A DNA stretch of 64,000 nt from Octopus sinensis. Its lineage: Eukaryota. Below are positions 38,813 to 52,811 of this stretch, one piece after another. Location of the stretch: NCBI RefSeq assembly GCF_006345805.1, contig NC_043006.1, positions 76,570,001 to 76,634,000 of the forward strand, written 5' to 3'. The position numbers were made by a program, and so were the translations under genes. Under the pieces are notes generated by a model, which saw only the letters and a program-made list of their open reading frames with translations, was not told the DNA's origin and did no database searches. Positions within the stretch are counted from its first letter, which is position 1. Every line of letters begins with the position of its first letter.

Positions 38813-40639
38813 TACTGCATTACATCTGGATATCTGTGTTGTTTATTTTGATTATATATATATATATATTAAGAGAGAGCTAAAGAGAGAGATAGAGAGA
38901 TAGCTATTTTAATAGAAGCTAAACAACAACTCTGATAGTTTCACAGATGTTGCAACGTCGTCGGATTTTTCCTCCTTTTCCTGTATACTGCTAACGCTGA
39001 AGTTAAAGTTAAATAGCTAGAAGTAGGAATTCAGAGGACATCACAGTATTAGAAGCCTTACATTTTAAATCTTACCCTGTGGAATAGGATAGTAGCATAG
39101 AAAAAATAACACATCACATGGATAGAGTTCAAGTGTTTCAAATTTGAAATGCTTCATAGAGGACAATGAGAAAGCTCAGAAATGCAGCATTATTCGCTAA
39201 CATACTAATTTATAACATAGATTAATTCTTTACGCGATATGCAGTCTACCATAAAATCTCAATAATGAAAGTGGAATTGCCATACCTTTCTCTCTGTGTT
39301 CTTGTCACTCTTAATGATTCTGTCTACTTCATTTCCGCGTTCACTTTCATTATAGTCTGTTTCTCTCATCTGTTCAACTTTATTTACGTAATGCTTGAAT
39401 AGCTTTGCATCATTTCACATAACAAAGTTTCTTCGATGCTATGTCCGGAAATATTTTACAAATTTAATAGACATCGACAGAGCTTTCTCGGCAGCCTCTT
39501 TGATAATCATTATATCAGCACGTATGCGTAGCTTCATAGCAGAACAGCTAATTATAAGCTATTATAGAAATCAGTACTCAGCAAATCTAAAAACGATGTG
39601 CTATGACATGGCCTGCAAGGTAAAGGTAACGAACACGAAAAATCGATGAAACTTCCTGAAGATCATGAAAGTTAGAATTATGATGCTGCCACAAAACTAT
39701 GGAACCACTTAAGAGACATTTCGTTCAGATATTTTTGAGGTTTTGTGTTTATTCTAAAACGATGAGTATGATTATGAAGCAATCCAAAAACAATGCGAGC
39801 AACCAAAGAATAAGCCTCTATGGTCATAACCCTAAATGATTATCTAGCTAATATAAATCTAGTTAATATTTACTTAATAATCTTCAAAATAATGCGTATT
39901 TGAATAAATTGCAAAAATATACGGGATGGCTGGGACACAGTTGGAGCATCACAGGTCACTATCATCTGAACCGATCACATGTTTGCCAAACAAGGAAAAA
40001 TATTAACGAATACAAAACCCTGCAGGAATCATTTTTGTACGATCTCAAAAATTCTAGCCACTAGAAATTTATTTAAGAATATGATGCACTTACAAAATCA
40101 CACACACACACCACGACTCTCACACACACAAACAACATACGCATACATACACCACACGCACACACATACACACACAGAGCAATACAAACACACTTTAATA
40201 CACACAAACATGTCTCTATATGCCTCTGTATATAATTCCTATATCAAACACTATTTGTTCTTTAACTCATTATGCTATTCAAACAGAATCGTCTCTTAGA
40301 TTTATCAGATCGCTCGTCCAGAAAATATCGGTTAATGAGACAAAGAATTCACGAATGGGTGTAACCACCGCTAAGAAAAATTTTTATGAATAAGTTGAAT
40401 TTAAAAGCTTTGCTTGGAGCATACATTTTATTACACACATAAACAACAACACTTTCAGTCGCAGACACTAAATCTTGTTGTTAATGTGATATCAAAGAAA
40501 ATGTCTAAACAACTCACACTCTCTATGGAACTATGTCCCCCACCCCATTTTTTCTTTTAAATTCAATCATTGCCTATCTATCATTCTATTCTGTCTCTCT
40601 CTCTCTCTTTCTGTATATATGTATCTATCTACCTATCTT

Positions 40640-40721
<82 letters not shown>

Positions 40722-40729
<8 letters not shown>

Positions 40730-41072
40730 TGAGAATGTGTGTCTATCTGTCTGTCTGTCTGTGTGAATCCCTAAAACTTTAGAACATAACCAATTTCATT
40801 CAAATTTTACACATGCCTTACATAGGGTCCAAGGGGTGTTATGGGCCAATACATTTTTTTAATTTCTTGCCTGGGCGAGCCCATAGCAATATCATATCTT
40901 CTCCACTATGTATCCCTAAAACTTGAGAACTACACAACCAATTTCATTCAGATTTTGCACATTCCTTACTTAGGGTCCATGTAGTGTCATGGGCAAACAA
41001 AATGTTTTTCTTCCCTCCACTATTTCAGTATTACGTGTTAAAAGTGAAACAAAAGCATCTCTCTATTGTATG
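40722..41072 (+). mobile_element. DINE-1/Helentron-like element with two tandem core repeats
   Basis: ataaaactgagaatg + (GTCT)n. Repeated atccctaaaact...accaatttcattca.atttt.caca...cttac.tagggtcca at ~40767 and ~40914. Confidence 0.6.
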
Positions 41073-41193
41073 TATATGGATGTATATGGATGTATATATA
41101 TATACATATTGACTATTTATTAAAATTTTATGTATTGATTAAGTCTTTCCTTGTTTGTTTTGCAAAATAGTGGTTTTGTCTCTAATAATATTT

Positions 41194-41225
<32 letters not shown>

Positions 41226-41413
41226 ACATACATGTATATACATAAATGTATATGTATACATGTATATGTATAGCTGTATATGTAAACATGTATGTCTAGA
41301 TGTATATATAGATGTACATGTAATATGTACACATATAGATACATATATATACATGCATACATATATACACCCATACATACACACACACCGATCCACGTAT
41401 ATATACATACGTG

Positions 41414-41773
41414 CTGGTGTGGCTGTGTGGTAACAAACTTGGTTCCAAAACACATGGTCCGCAGTTCAGTTCCACTGTGTGGTAACATGGCATGTGTCTT
41501 CTTCTCTAGCTTGAGACCAACCAAAGCCTGGTCAGTGGATTTTGTAGACAGAAACTGAAAGAAATCAATTGTATGTATGTGTATGAATATATGTAAGTAG
41601 GAGTGGCTGTAGGCGTAGGAGAGGTTGTGTGGTAAGTAGCTTGCTTACTAACCACATGGTTTCGGTTTCAGTCCCACTACGTGGCACCTTGGTCAAGTGT
41701 CTTCTACTATAGCCTCGGGCCGACCAAAGCCGTGTGAGTGGATTTGGTAGACGGAAAGTAAAATAAGCCCGTC

Positions 41774-41804
<31 letters not shown>

Positions 41805-41842
41805 ATATATTATATATATATATGACGGGCTTATTTTCTACT
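41414..41842 (+). mobile_element. two tandem SINE B heads; the second ends in a (TA)n-centred inverted duplication
   Basis: Heads at ~41414-41585 and ~41618-41776; aaaataagcccgtcata ... tatgacgggcttatttt. Confidence 0.8.
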
Positions 41843-42026
41843 ATTTTCCTTTATATATATATATATATATTTATAATTAACTCTCGTAATTTGTACATTG
41901 TACTGTTGACTAATATTTATATTTCTTTTCATTTCATTTTACCCATTAATGTGATATCTTCCTTAGACATGCATAATACGATTGGCGTCATAAGTACATG
42001 TAGTTGAAACGTTTAGTAAAGAACTG

Positions 42027-42060
<34 letters not shown>

Positions 42061-42518
42061 ATATATATAATATATAATATATATATTATATAATCTATAT
42101 ATATATATTACAGCCAAATTAATGAATATATAATTTGTAAACGTGCCAGAAAGGCTTTGTGTGGTAAGGAATGAAGGATAGTATGGAAAACTTATAGTAT
42201 AATAATGACTATATACTAATATATCATAATTTATATTCTGGTTTGTTTACAAATATTATATGTAATATTAGACAGTTGAAGTATATATTAATTCAATTTA
42301 GCTGAAATTGGTGGGTGATCATTTGATCCAATCGGATGTGCAAGGAGTCGTGTAAGCGTTGATTTGTGGGTTCGATCCTGGCTAGGGTTAGCTCATCATT
42401 TTTCGGTCATTTGTTTGTATAAAAAAATTGTCGCTTCAAATATGGAGAATTTATATAATATTATTATTCTACAGTCATATATATATATACATAAATATAT
42501 ATATATATATATATATAT

Positions 42519-42564
<46 letters not shown>

Positions 42565-43014
42565 AATTATGCAGATAAACAAGTTAAATATAATAGTTTG
42601 TGCTTGATATACAAAATAAATATATATGTCTACATACAAAACGGAGAAAGTAAAAACTGAAGACTTTTCGTCTATGAATATTTCAATAGATCAAACTTGC
42701 ACAGAAATAGGAATATCCATTTATACTTAAATATTTATCGTCCAACTGTGTTCAGTGTTTGCTTTCTCTCGCGTATATACATATTCCGTTTATCAGACCC
42801 AAGTTGCAATGTACATAATTTGTTTAACCACATAAATGTCTCTATATCCGCTGAATTTGATCTCTCCCATAAACTTTCTTTACTTTTCGGAACTGGTCCC
42901 TCGTAAAGACATCGAAATCTAAGTTTGAATCATTGGAGTATTACATGGTTCCTAGCGCATCCTATTGGGCTATCCCCTTACCCATCGATTTCCGCCAGAG
43001 TTAATGAATATATA

Positions 43015-43255
43015 ATTTCAAAGCCGTGCATGCCCTAAGGTCTTCAAATCTAACGGAGGCCTCAAAAGGCATTTTGAGATCCACAAAGTTCAGGACTTAA
43101 CAGTAGTTCTTGGCGATCCAAATCGGATATGCAATCCACGTGGTTATCTTTTCAAAACATTTTCTGGTTTTAAAACGCCACATCAGACGCCATGAGGGAT
43201 CTAATGTTTTGGTGCAGGAGGTGGTCAGATTCTGCATAAGGAGTAGACAACCACC
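43015..43255 (+). mobile_element. LINE 3' end with two degenerate C2H2 fingers (RTE-like)
   Basis: RACPKVFKSNGGLKRHFEIH and ICNPRGYLFKTFSGFK(R)HIRRH across one frameshift, ending at (TA)n. Confidence 0.5.
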
Positions 43256-43322
43256 ATATATATATATATATTAAAAGAAAGAGTGGAAATATTCTAATTT
43301 TCCCTTGTTCATTGAGAACGAT

Positions 43323-43510
43323 AAAATGCTTAGAGGCATTTCGTCCGTCTTCGCGTTCTGAGTTCAAATTCCGGCGAGGTCGACTTTGTCCTTTCATCCT
43401 TTCGGCGTCGATAAATTAAGTGCCAGTTGCGTACTTGGGTTGATATAATCGACTAGCCCCCTCACCAAACTTTTGGTTCTACTGCTTAGAGTAGAAAAGA
43501 TTATATATAG
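43323..43510 (+). mobile_element. 5'-truncated SINE A variant with an alternative tail
   Basis: gttctgagttcaaattccggcgaggtcgac...gtcgataaattaagtgccag. Confidence 0.8.
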
Positions 43511-44559
43511 ACGGAATTTGGTTTTAGGCATGGTTAGAGAAAAGTTCCTTGATATTATTCGCAAAAGTTTTCAAGTGCATGTCAGAAGTTCTTTTCAAGT
43601 CCATATTACTAAAAATCTCGCTTCGTCTTACTCACAGCTGACTCGCATCTCATGAGATAGCCACCACTAACTCAAATCATTACCGCTTTCCTCGCTGTTG
43701 AGATTTAACTCAACGCTAGCTCCAACCATTCAGACTTATGGTCAAAGATGAATCGTGATCTATCATGTTTTTCATAGCTACTGTTACATTGCGCAATGTG
43801 TCGATGATAATAAAACAAATACTATCCTTTGATATTAAGATATTAAACAAACGTGCTTATCTACATGACAATAAAACTGGTTAACATCTGGTCGTTTGAA
43901 GAATTGTGTGTAGACAATGTAAAGAAGAAATTACAGGTATGTTATTGGATTTGTTTCAATTCTTGCTACAGCTGACGTCCGTACGACCATCATTTGCCTT
44001 TACTAAGGCCCGCATTTTTCTTAATGTATTCCCTTTTTCCCGGAGAAAATTATTTGAGGTGAGCAATGCGAAAAGTCAGAAAAGGTAGAAACTACTGTAG
44101 CTTTAACTCCTGCTTTCTAACGTTGTTGCATTTGATATCAATTTTATATATTGTGTGTAGCTGCTGTTATCGCCGTGGTTGCTGTGTCAGACGATGACAA
44201 TATTATTTTAACGCAGATCGTTTCTTCTGAAATCTGTACATAACTAAAGGTGTTTCAGCTGTGACAATATTATCTTATTCCGGTGCAGTATATTTATGAC
44301 CAGTTTTATGAATGTGTCCTTCATTGTGTTCAAGAACAGCAGGCTGTAAAAATATAAAGTAAATGGTGGTTAATTCTAGCGGTGTATGTATAGCTTACTT
44401 TTTAGCTATTAGTGTAGTTCATTTAGGTTTTATTTGTAAATCACGATACAAGTTTTTTCACATTTTCTTCATATTCCCACATCAAAGCAACCCACTAAAG
44501 ATTTCTCGATGGTTCATTTGAATATTTTCTTCACTTTAATCTTCAATTGTCTTTATTGT

Positions 44560-44740
44560 TGGTGTTGATGTAATCTTTATTAACATTATTGTTATTATTA
44601 GCATTATTATTGATGGTATCGTTGTTGTTGTCATTAATATTGTTATTACTATCATCGTCATCGTCATCATCGTCATCATCGTCATCATCATCAACATCAT
44701 CATCATCATCATCATCATTGCTGTTATTAATATTACTTTA
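44560..44740. repeat. (ATT)n/(CAT)n trinucleotide repeat
   Basis: Direct inspection. Confidence 0.9.
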
Positions 44741-45047
44741 CTCTTAGTTCGAATTGCTAAACAAATTGTCGCTACCAATGCTGTTCAATCATCAACAACT
44801 ATTTATTTCTTTGCTGTTTTATTCTGATGCATTTTAGATGTGAATGTATGTGTGAGTTTACATTCTACATTTTGTATTCGTGTTGTGTTATTTCTTTCGA
44901 TTATTTTATGCTGACTTCAGGATAAATATTAGAGTAGCGCTGTCTCAGACACAGAATTATCTCCCACTTAAATTACGACATTTAACTCCATCGCTGTACT
45001 CTTTGATTTCTAAACATGTAGCTATTATTTTTGATTTGTCCTTATGT

Positions 45048-45656
45048 CTGAGAACATAAAGGTTTGTATATGCTGCAGTAATATAAACAATTTCAACGAC
45101 GCTGATGTCTTGTAATATGCTTGATTGTGTAGTTCAAAGGCTCTCTTTGTAACAAAATATTCAGTGTCGAATAAATAATGGCGGTCGATTCATATATATG
45201 AATATATATAACATAACATATTACAGCTTAATTAGGATAGAAACACTGTGATAAAATTTACTATCAACGAATACTGGTTGGTAGAAGAGACCAATCTGCT
45301 CTAAGTGCTTGCAACTGATTCAGCTCCGTTTACAGAAATATCCAAGGAATAGGTGGCAGTGTTAAAGTGATCAATGGATTAAAACTACCCTGCGAGAATA
45401 GGGGAGTCAGTTTGCATAGTCCACACACCTAACGCCAAATTCTGACAAATTTTACCAGCAAGGCTTTGATCGACAACAAATGTTTGGTTGAATACAACAT
45501 CAAGGTTTACTTGCCGAGCCTAGCAATGCAACTGCATCCAAAAATACTTTGTTACAAAGAGAGCTTTTGAACTACACAATCAAGCATATTACAAGACATC
45601 AGCGTCGTTGAAATTGTTTATATTACTGCAGCATATACAAACCTTTATGTTCTCAG
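45048..45656. repeat. 114-bp inverted repeat (45048-45161 and 45543-45656), 2 mismatches, 381-bp spacer
   Basis: Base-by-base comparison; no TSD seen. Confidence 0.9.
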
Positions 45657-46135
45657 AGCTTCTATTATAAAAATTTGTCGTTGCATATTTATACGTTTAT
45701 ATCTGCTACTACTTCTACTGGACGTATTGTTTATTTAACTTCTAGAAATTTAGAGGTTGCTTATCATAGCTTTATGGTTCAGAAGATCACTTAACATACA
45801 GGTGGGAACATTTTTGATGTCTGTCCTTCCACTTGCTCCTTGATATATCCAGTAATATTTGTTGGTGAAAACCTTCTAGTTACATTCTATTCCCCTTATG
45901 TAAATCGAGGTTTTGTCACAAGTGAGAGAATATTCGACCATGCATCGTACACACTCACTGTAATGTTGACGGCTAATTCCTGTTGCAGAAGTTTAGTCTG
46001 ATCTCTGTTTTAGGCGCTCTTTGACATGAATCTTTCGCTATTTGTAATATTTATGAGATTGCAAAATGACGATCGTTGGTGAAATAGAAGGTAGTCCCGG
46101 ATATTTTTGCAACATGACTTTCTGTGTTTCTGTAG

Positions 46136-46551
46136 AATATGGAAAGCTATGAATAATTGCCCCTCTGTCTATTCATGTTTGCATATCATCCTAGAAATAC
46201 TTGACAATAACGCAGTCATCCAAGTATAATAATTTGTGTGCGGTAATCATTGTGGTTAATTATTTGATATTTAGTCTTGATAACCAGCAGCTTAAAATCA
46301 GCGCAGCATATATTATGTTCTGTTTCTGGTGCCTGAGGTCTACTGCAATTATGACAATGAGATATTGCGTAAAAAACTGTGTACTAAGACACATCAATAT
46401 TCCTTTACGATATTTGTTTTGAAACTGTAAGTACCTATCTGGAGCTCGATGTAGCATCGAGTAACAATGTCTTTTATATTACAGAGACACCCACCTTACC
46501 TTCAACGTGTTACACTTTATGGAATGGGAACACCATATGTCGAGAAAATAA
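46136..46551 (+). CDS. possible three-exon coding segment (46136-46223, 46302-46426, 46485-46551), product unknown
   Basis: Phase-compatible open frames; strong ACT|GTAAGT ... tcttttatattacag| 58-nt intron; first intron sites weaker. Confidence 0.2.
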
Positions 46552-46618
46552 AGACTGGTGAATTCTGCGTTTTACATATCCTCACATGTGCGGCATAGTT
46601 ATAACAATATAAATGGAA

Positions 46619-46852
46619 GGGCGGCGGGCTGGAAGAAACGTTAGCACGCCGGGAGAAATGCTAAGCTGTATTTCGTCTGTCGTTACGTTCTGAGTTCAAA
46701 ATCCGCTGAGGTCGACTTTGCCTTTCATCCTTCCGGGGTCGATAAAATAAAGTACCAGTTTCGCACTGGGGTCGATGTAATCGACTTAATCCCTTTTGTC
46801 TGTCCTTGTTTGTCCCCTCTATGTTTAGCCCCTTGTGGACAGTAAAGAAATA
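46619..46852 (+). mobile_element. SINE family A, full length
   Basis: Aligns with other family A copies. Confidence 0.9.
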
Positions 46853-48078
46853 AATATAAATGGAATTTCTTCCAGATACAGAACCACATAGAGATTCTTG
46901 TGCGTTTTGGGGGTTAATGAGGATTACCAGTCTAGATTGTTGATTGCTCGAGGCTTTATGTTATATTCAACGATATTTTTTTCCAGGCATATGTTTCCAT
47001 TTTTGTAAAGCGCAGTGATTTTGCTGCCCTAGTAATCTCGAGACAAACTTTCATCTATTTGTATTAAATTGACTGTTGTTAAATCTGCGATGTGTTCATT
47101 TTTTAAAAATCAGTTCTGTAATTGTGATCAACTTTATGGAGAATAGGTTAGAGTTACCCTACACTCAGAATGAATATCTAGGGAAAACCTGTATTACCTA
47201 GCGTTTATACATAAGTCGACCGTGTAAAAGCGATACAATTACAACTACAATAAATTAACAAAAACTACCAAAGCAAGCAACGACTATAATCTGCTCGGCA
47301 ATCATGTATGTATAACCCACAAGATAAAAGAACCTGTTGATTCCGAATCGGGTTGCATAATGGTTTGCGAGTTCACCCTTGGATGATAGTACCTAGAGAT
47401 TTAAGATGACAACATCCTAGGTCCAAGTAAAGAAGCGTTCTTCTGCGTGTTCTGTTCGCGTGCTTGCATGTGTATGTTTGTTTGTGTGTTGTGGTGGCGG
47501 ACGTGGCGGTAGCGGTGGTATTTGAGTGAGTGAGCGAGTGAGTGTTTGTGTGTGTGTGTTTTTGCCAATATACAGGCGTTCGCAAAAATGCCCATGCCGA
47601 CTATATTATTTCTCTTGAAACGTAAATGAATCCACCTTCGCTAGAGACCATCAAATACTCATTAAAATCTTCGATTTATAGACGTAGCTCCACATCTATA
47701 TTCTCGATATCTGGACATCAATCTTTGCTCAGTAAAGTATGTAAGCGTAGCTTCGAGGAATGTAATTACCTGAAATGCATAAAGTTCTGTATTTACTGAC
47801 GGAATGTCATTCGATATGACATAATTCAACCGAAGATCTATAGCTGATATCGACCACTACACATCTTTCTTTCATCCTTACAGTTTGATTACCTTCTAAT
47901 ACAAACATATATACATGGTAGATAACTTTGATATCGTTTTCTCTTATATCACAGCATTAAGTCTCTACAGCTATTCCTAGCATGTCTCTTCTAACTATGC
48001 TTATCCCTCTTTGCTATCTAACCATACCATTCATTATTTTCATCATATCAGAATGTATAGGTAGAAAACATAGACGCC

Positions 48079-48470
48079 TTAATCCTTTAGCGTTCAGACA
48101 ATTCTATGAAATATAATGCTTATTTATTAACATTGTTTTGAATAAATTATGTATTATCTCAGAGCTTTGAAATTTCAAAATGACGACTATCGCGGATGAT
48201 ACGTTCCAAAACACCCCGCGATAGGTGAAAATCCGCGAAGTATAAACAGTACTGTACTGTATATATTTTTTGAATTATATAAATAATTTGTATATATTTA
48301 TTTAATTTCAAATGCAAAACAGAACAACAGAGCAATCAACGTAAGCTTAAATAATAAACTGCGATAGGTAAACTACGATACGGCGAGGGATTACTGTAAT
48401 GATATATTTTTAGAATGGCATTGAAGGGTAGGAGTAACAGGTTGGATGTGGCTGATCTGAAGACTATATT
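48079..48470 (+). mobile_element. piggyBac-like MITE (5' part) interrupted by a Tigger/pogo-like MITE at 48184-48398
   Basis: ttaa|tcctttagcgttcaga start. Inner element ends ggcgagggattactg|ta; its left TIR is partly lost (cgactatcgcgg). Confidence 0.6.
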
Positions 48471-48756
48471 ATGTGAGATAAAAATGTATATGGTCTAAGT
48501 CTAGTCAATTTCAGCAAAAAAATTTCGAAGTTGTCTTTTGATATGACATGTCACTGCATACAGATCTCGGCTTTCTGTCTGTGCGAAACTTTTTCTCCTT
48601 AACGCACACAAATAGACATGTATATATAGAAAATGCCAAGGAGACAAACGAAAAAGCTATAGATGCTGCATGACATAGAAGAATAAAATATAAATGTATA
48701 AATTTAGTAAGGTATCTATGTGTATATATACTTATTCAAATATAAATACATATAAG

Positions 48757-48803
<47 letters not shown>

Positions 48804-49019
48804 ACACACATACATACATGCATGTATATATATGTCTAAATATATATGTATACATATGTATACACGTGTATATATATAGATAGATATACCTATATATATA
48901 TTTTGTTGTATCTGGGTGAGAGTCACTCTCTTTTATTGCTTTATTATCTAACACACACACGCACGCACGCACACATACGCGCACACACAAACACACACAC
49001 ATATACATACATACATACA

Positions 49020-49055
<36 letters not shown>

Positions 49056-49064
49056 TATATACAT

Positions 49065-49118
<54 letters not shown>

Positions 49119-49539
49119 GGAAGTTTGTAAGAAACATTCGAAAATGTCATCGTTCGCACATATTTGTATTTACGTGGTTAAATAAAAATTGTGTTACTTT
49201 TCAATTAAGTATATCTTCAAATGATCTAACACACCAAGTAATCTAGGTATTACTTACGTAAGTTGTTTTGTTAACGGCTTACGTTTTCAGTAAGAATGAA
49301 AATTGAGAAGCTGATCTTAATTGATTAATAACAGATCTTAGTGCATATCATGTAATGCTTTGTGCACATAATGTAATACTACGGTTTGCAAACAATCAAA
49401 CAATTCAGTGATTGATTTTTTTAAATGAAGCACAAAATATATGTCATATTGGTGCCGTGACTGGCTTTGTGCGATGTGTATACCAGTTTCTACGAAGGGG
49501 AATGGCTTAATGACGATAGATGTTCCAAAGTAGGCACTG

Positions 49540-49994
49540 CCTTGTTCGGTCACGTCAGTTTTTGTGCTCAGTTATTTCACAGTTTAGAGCAACCTTGTAG
49601 TCGAGGGTTTCAATAGTGTTATCAAATAATGCACAGTTTGGGTCACCACCATTGGTAGATTGCTGTTAGGGTTAGTTAGCGTTAGGGTTAGGGTTAGGGG
49701 TGGGGGAAGGGTATCTTTTTTCTTCATAAATGTAAATAAACCCAATCTGTTTCTTAAAGGAGGGACATATTCATTATGCACAGAATGTTATTTACCTAAA
49801 TGGACCTCAGCGATTGGTTAAAATTGCCGAAATGCTCGAAATTAAAGACGAAATATGTTACAATATATAGAATTTTCTCAATAAAGCCAAGAAAAAATGA
49901 TGTTTTATAAACACATTCTACCAGTATACGAAGTTTAAACTTTTTATTTACCTAGAAATTATATTACAAAGTGCCGTTCAAAAGGAAAAGATCC
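49540..49994 (-). mobile_element. degenerate inverted copy of the Merlin-type MITE at 63235-63719
   Basis: Shared internal sequence, (TTAGGG)n tract and TIR gtgccgttcaaaaggaaaagatcc. Confidence 0.8.
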
Positions 49995-51519
49995 CCACAA
50001 GAAATTATATTTCCATAATTTCAATAGTAAATTATAATAGCCTTCTTTCGAAATCCCCTGTTCGGCCGCCGTGTTCACATATGAACTTAACAGTTGAAAT
50101 ATTTTATTATAAAAATGTATTATTGCTTATCTTGAGCTCTTTCCGCCTGTCTGTCTTCCTCTGTACGTTAACCTTACCAGAATTTCTATCGCACAAAAAT
50201 ATTTCTATTATAATCCTTCTCCAGTAAATAAAAAAATCGTTAATCAGTAGCGTCTCTTAGTAAGTCAACGTTTGGATTCTTCAGAAATACATTAAATTAT
50301 GGCTAGTCGTCTCATCAGCGGAACAAGCTATTGACATGCCTTCTTGTTAGACCTCGTTTACTGTTTGTGAGTTATAAAGAAAGAAGTTGACAATTGTTAA
50401 AATAAGAGATTTTAAATCCTTCATATTTTAATATATTAAGCCATTGTAAATATGCTAAACAAAAAAAAATCAAATTGCAGTATCGTTAGAGTATTTCTTC
50501 GGGTATTTCTTTCAGCTTTGGACATTCTAATTTCAAATTGCGTCAGATAATAAAACAAGTAACAAATACAAAATTTTTTGCATGATTTACTGAGTTTTCT
50601 TTCATATGCTATTAAGTAAATATGCGTTCATTTCCATACGAAATTATTTCACAGACAGATACATTCATCAGTGTATCAATATATTGAAGCGAAAACAAGT
50701 AGAATCATCTAAGAGTGATAACTCTCCGGCGCCTTTTTGTTTGTTTTCCTTTATTCAAGTCAGACTGCGAATTCCCTAGATCTATAGGATAACTAAATTA
50801 TTTTATTTAAGACAAATCATACGTTTATACGTTTACTCTCATTAAATGGCATTCAGCAACAGTATGTGATAACTGAATTATTTCTAAATTTCCATTATAT
50901 TCGTAATAAATGATTCCCTAAACACCTATCCGTATTTAGATTATTATTTCGCAATAAAATTTACAATCGTACGCCAATTCGCAGAAACCCTACACGGGAC
51001 GCTAAGTGTCACATTTCTGATTTGATTAAATTTTCGGTTAGCTTTAAATGTCGTATATCAAACTAATTTCTGGAATCTCAGTGTTGTTGTTAATACTTAA
51101 ATACTAACCGGTTTAAAACTTTTAGAACAACCATACTTATCTAAGTGATTGGTCGACTTTAGTTAATCTATGTCTACCGAAGGGACTCATCTAATGAGTC
51201 AAATTTTAAACAAGAGGAGCATACCTCTACCAACTAATGTGTGAGATTGTATTAGTAATTTCTGAACTAGACTATTTCAAAGGAATCTAAAACATTATTA
51301 ATTTCCTGGTGAAAATTGTTAATATTGTAATAAAATTCAGATGTGCGGTAATTTTACTATAGTTGTGTTTAAATGTGTAATTCCAGAATAACGTAGCAGA
51401 AAAAAATATAGAATATTTATGTCATCACTAAGTGATAACATTATTTTTTCTATTTCTTCACATATATCTCATATTGGTGACCTACTTCAAAGTACGGAGT
51501 AAAAAATACGTACCTTTGT

Positions 51520-51592
51520 TGCTTCTTCTTCTTCTTCTTCTTCTTCTCTACCTTCTCCTTCTTCTTCTTCTTCTTCTCTACCTTCTTCTTCT
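51520..51592. repeat. (CTT)n repeat
   Basis: Direct inspection. Confidence 0.9.
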
Positions 51593-51870
51593 AATCAGTA
51601 CTCCCGCCATTAGCCACAAAGAATAATCTCTAATTCGAGCCTACTCTATACTACTTAGAATGCGTGTGGCAACTTGAAGATCTACCCACCCCACGCGATA
51701 GACTGGCGGTTGCACGGGCGCGAAAGTTACGTTGTTATCCTCATTCCGTAAATGGTGGCTTGTAATGGGTGGAGAGCTGAACCATCCTGGGGTACAGAGG
51801 ATTCGCAATCTAGATTGGGGTCTGAAAGTTTACCACATCATAATGGGTTACACCATGCTTCCTCTGCTTT

Positions 51871-52025
51871 GTGGCAGAAGTAGGAATAAATAATAAGAGA
51901 AAGTTGTGGAGAAAGAGTACAGCGGGGTTCACCTTCCCCACCCCCGGAGCCCGATCTGGGAATCGAAACCGCGACCATACGACCACGAGTCCGCTGCCCT
52001 AACCACTGGGCCATTGCGCCTCCAC
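51871..52025 (-). mobile_element. SINE family C 5' part with an internal deletion
   Basis: Head intact; about 50 bp lost between two gcc microhomologies. Confidence 0.85.
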
Positions 52026-52387
52026 ACTGTTGTTGCTGTCTTGCCCAAAGTGATCTCTGGTGAAGCAGACTATGATGGGAGACATTGCAAATGGGACAAA
52101 CGCATGTATTTTGCAAGCAGTCTCTATGACTGCATTATGCAATATTTCTTCGCTTCTTCAAAGCTGTAGAGAGTAAACTGAATGCACATTGAGGGTGCTA
52201 CTTTTAGCAGTTTAGACAGGAGGCTGTTTGAATTTGATGTATCATGATGATAGTATTAGGGAGTTCAAGAAATTAAATATAGAAGAACGACTTCCTGCTC
52301 TTTAGTCGAAATTTCATCTGCTGTTTACTTTAGTTACATACCAGTCGAAGCAACCTCGGTTGTTTCACACTATATATTGGTTTCAAA

Positions 52388-52811
52388 TTTTGGTATAAGG
52401 CCAGCGATTTCCGACGCGGGGTAAGCTTATCAAATCAACGCCAGTGCTCAACTGGTGTTCATTTTATCGACGACAAAAATGTGAAAGGCAAAGACAAGCT
52501 CTCCTCGGTACAATTTGAACTCAGAACATAAAGATGAACGAAATACCACTAAGCATTTTGCTTGGCGTGTAAGGATTCTGCCAGTTTACTGCTTCAAATT
52601 CTTGAGAAAATATTGATTTCAAATGTGGCAGAAAGCCAGCAGTTGTAGGGAACAGGTTAGTTGAGTAGTTTAAATGGTACTTATTTCATCGACCCCAGAA
52701 TGATGAAATGCAAAGTCGACTTCGGCGGAACTTGAACTCAAAGCATTAACGATAGACGAAATGCCGCTAGAGATTTTGGTTGTGTGTTAATGATTTGGCG
52801 ACCTCGCCGCC
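52388..52811 (-). mobile_element. two tandem old SINE A-like copies (52388-52592, 52617-52811)
   Basis: Each has tttgaactca, gacgaaat and ttatcgac/tcatcgacccc segments. Confidence 0.75.

Noticed and set aside
44536-44778. Poly-Met/Thr/Ile ORF
   Set aside because: Trinucleotide (CAT)n/(ATT)n repeat
51432-51626. Poly-Leu signal-peptide-like ORF
   Set aside because: (CTT)n repeat
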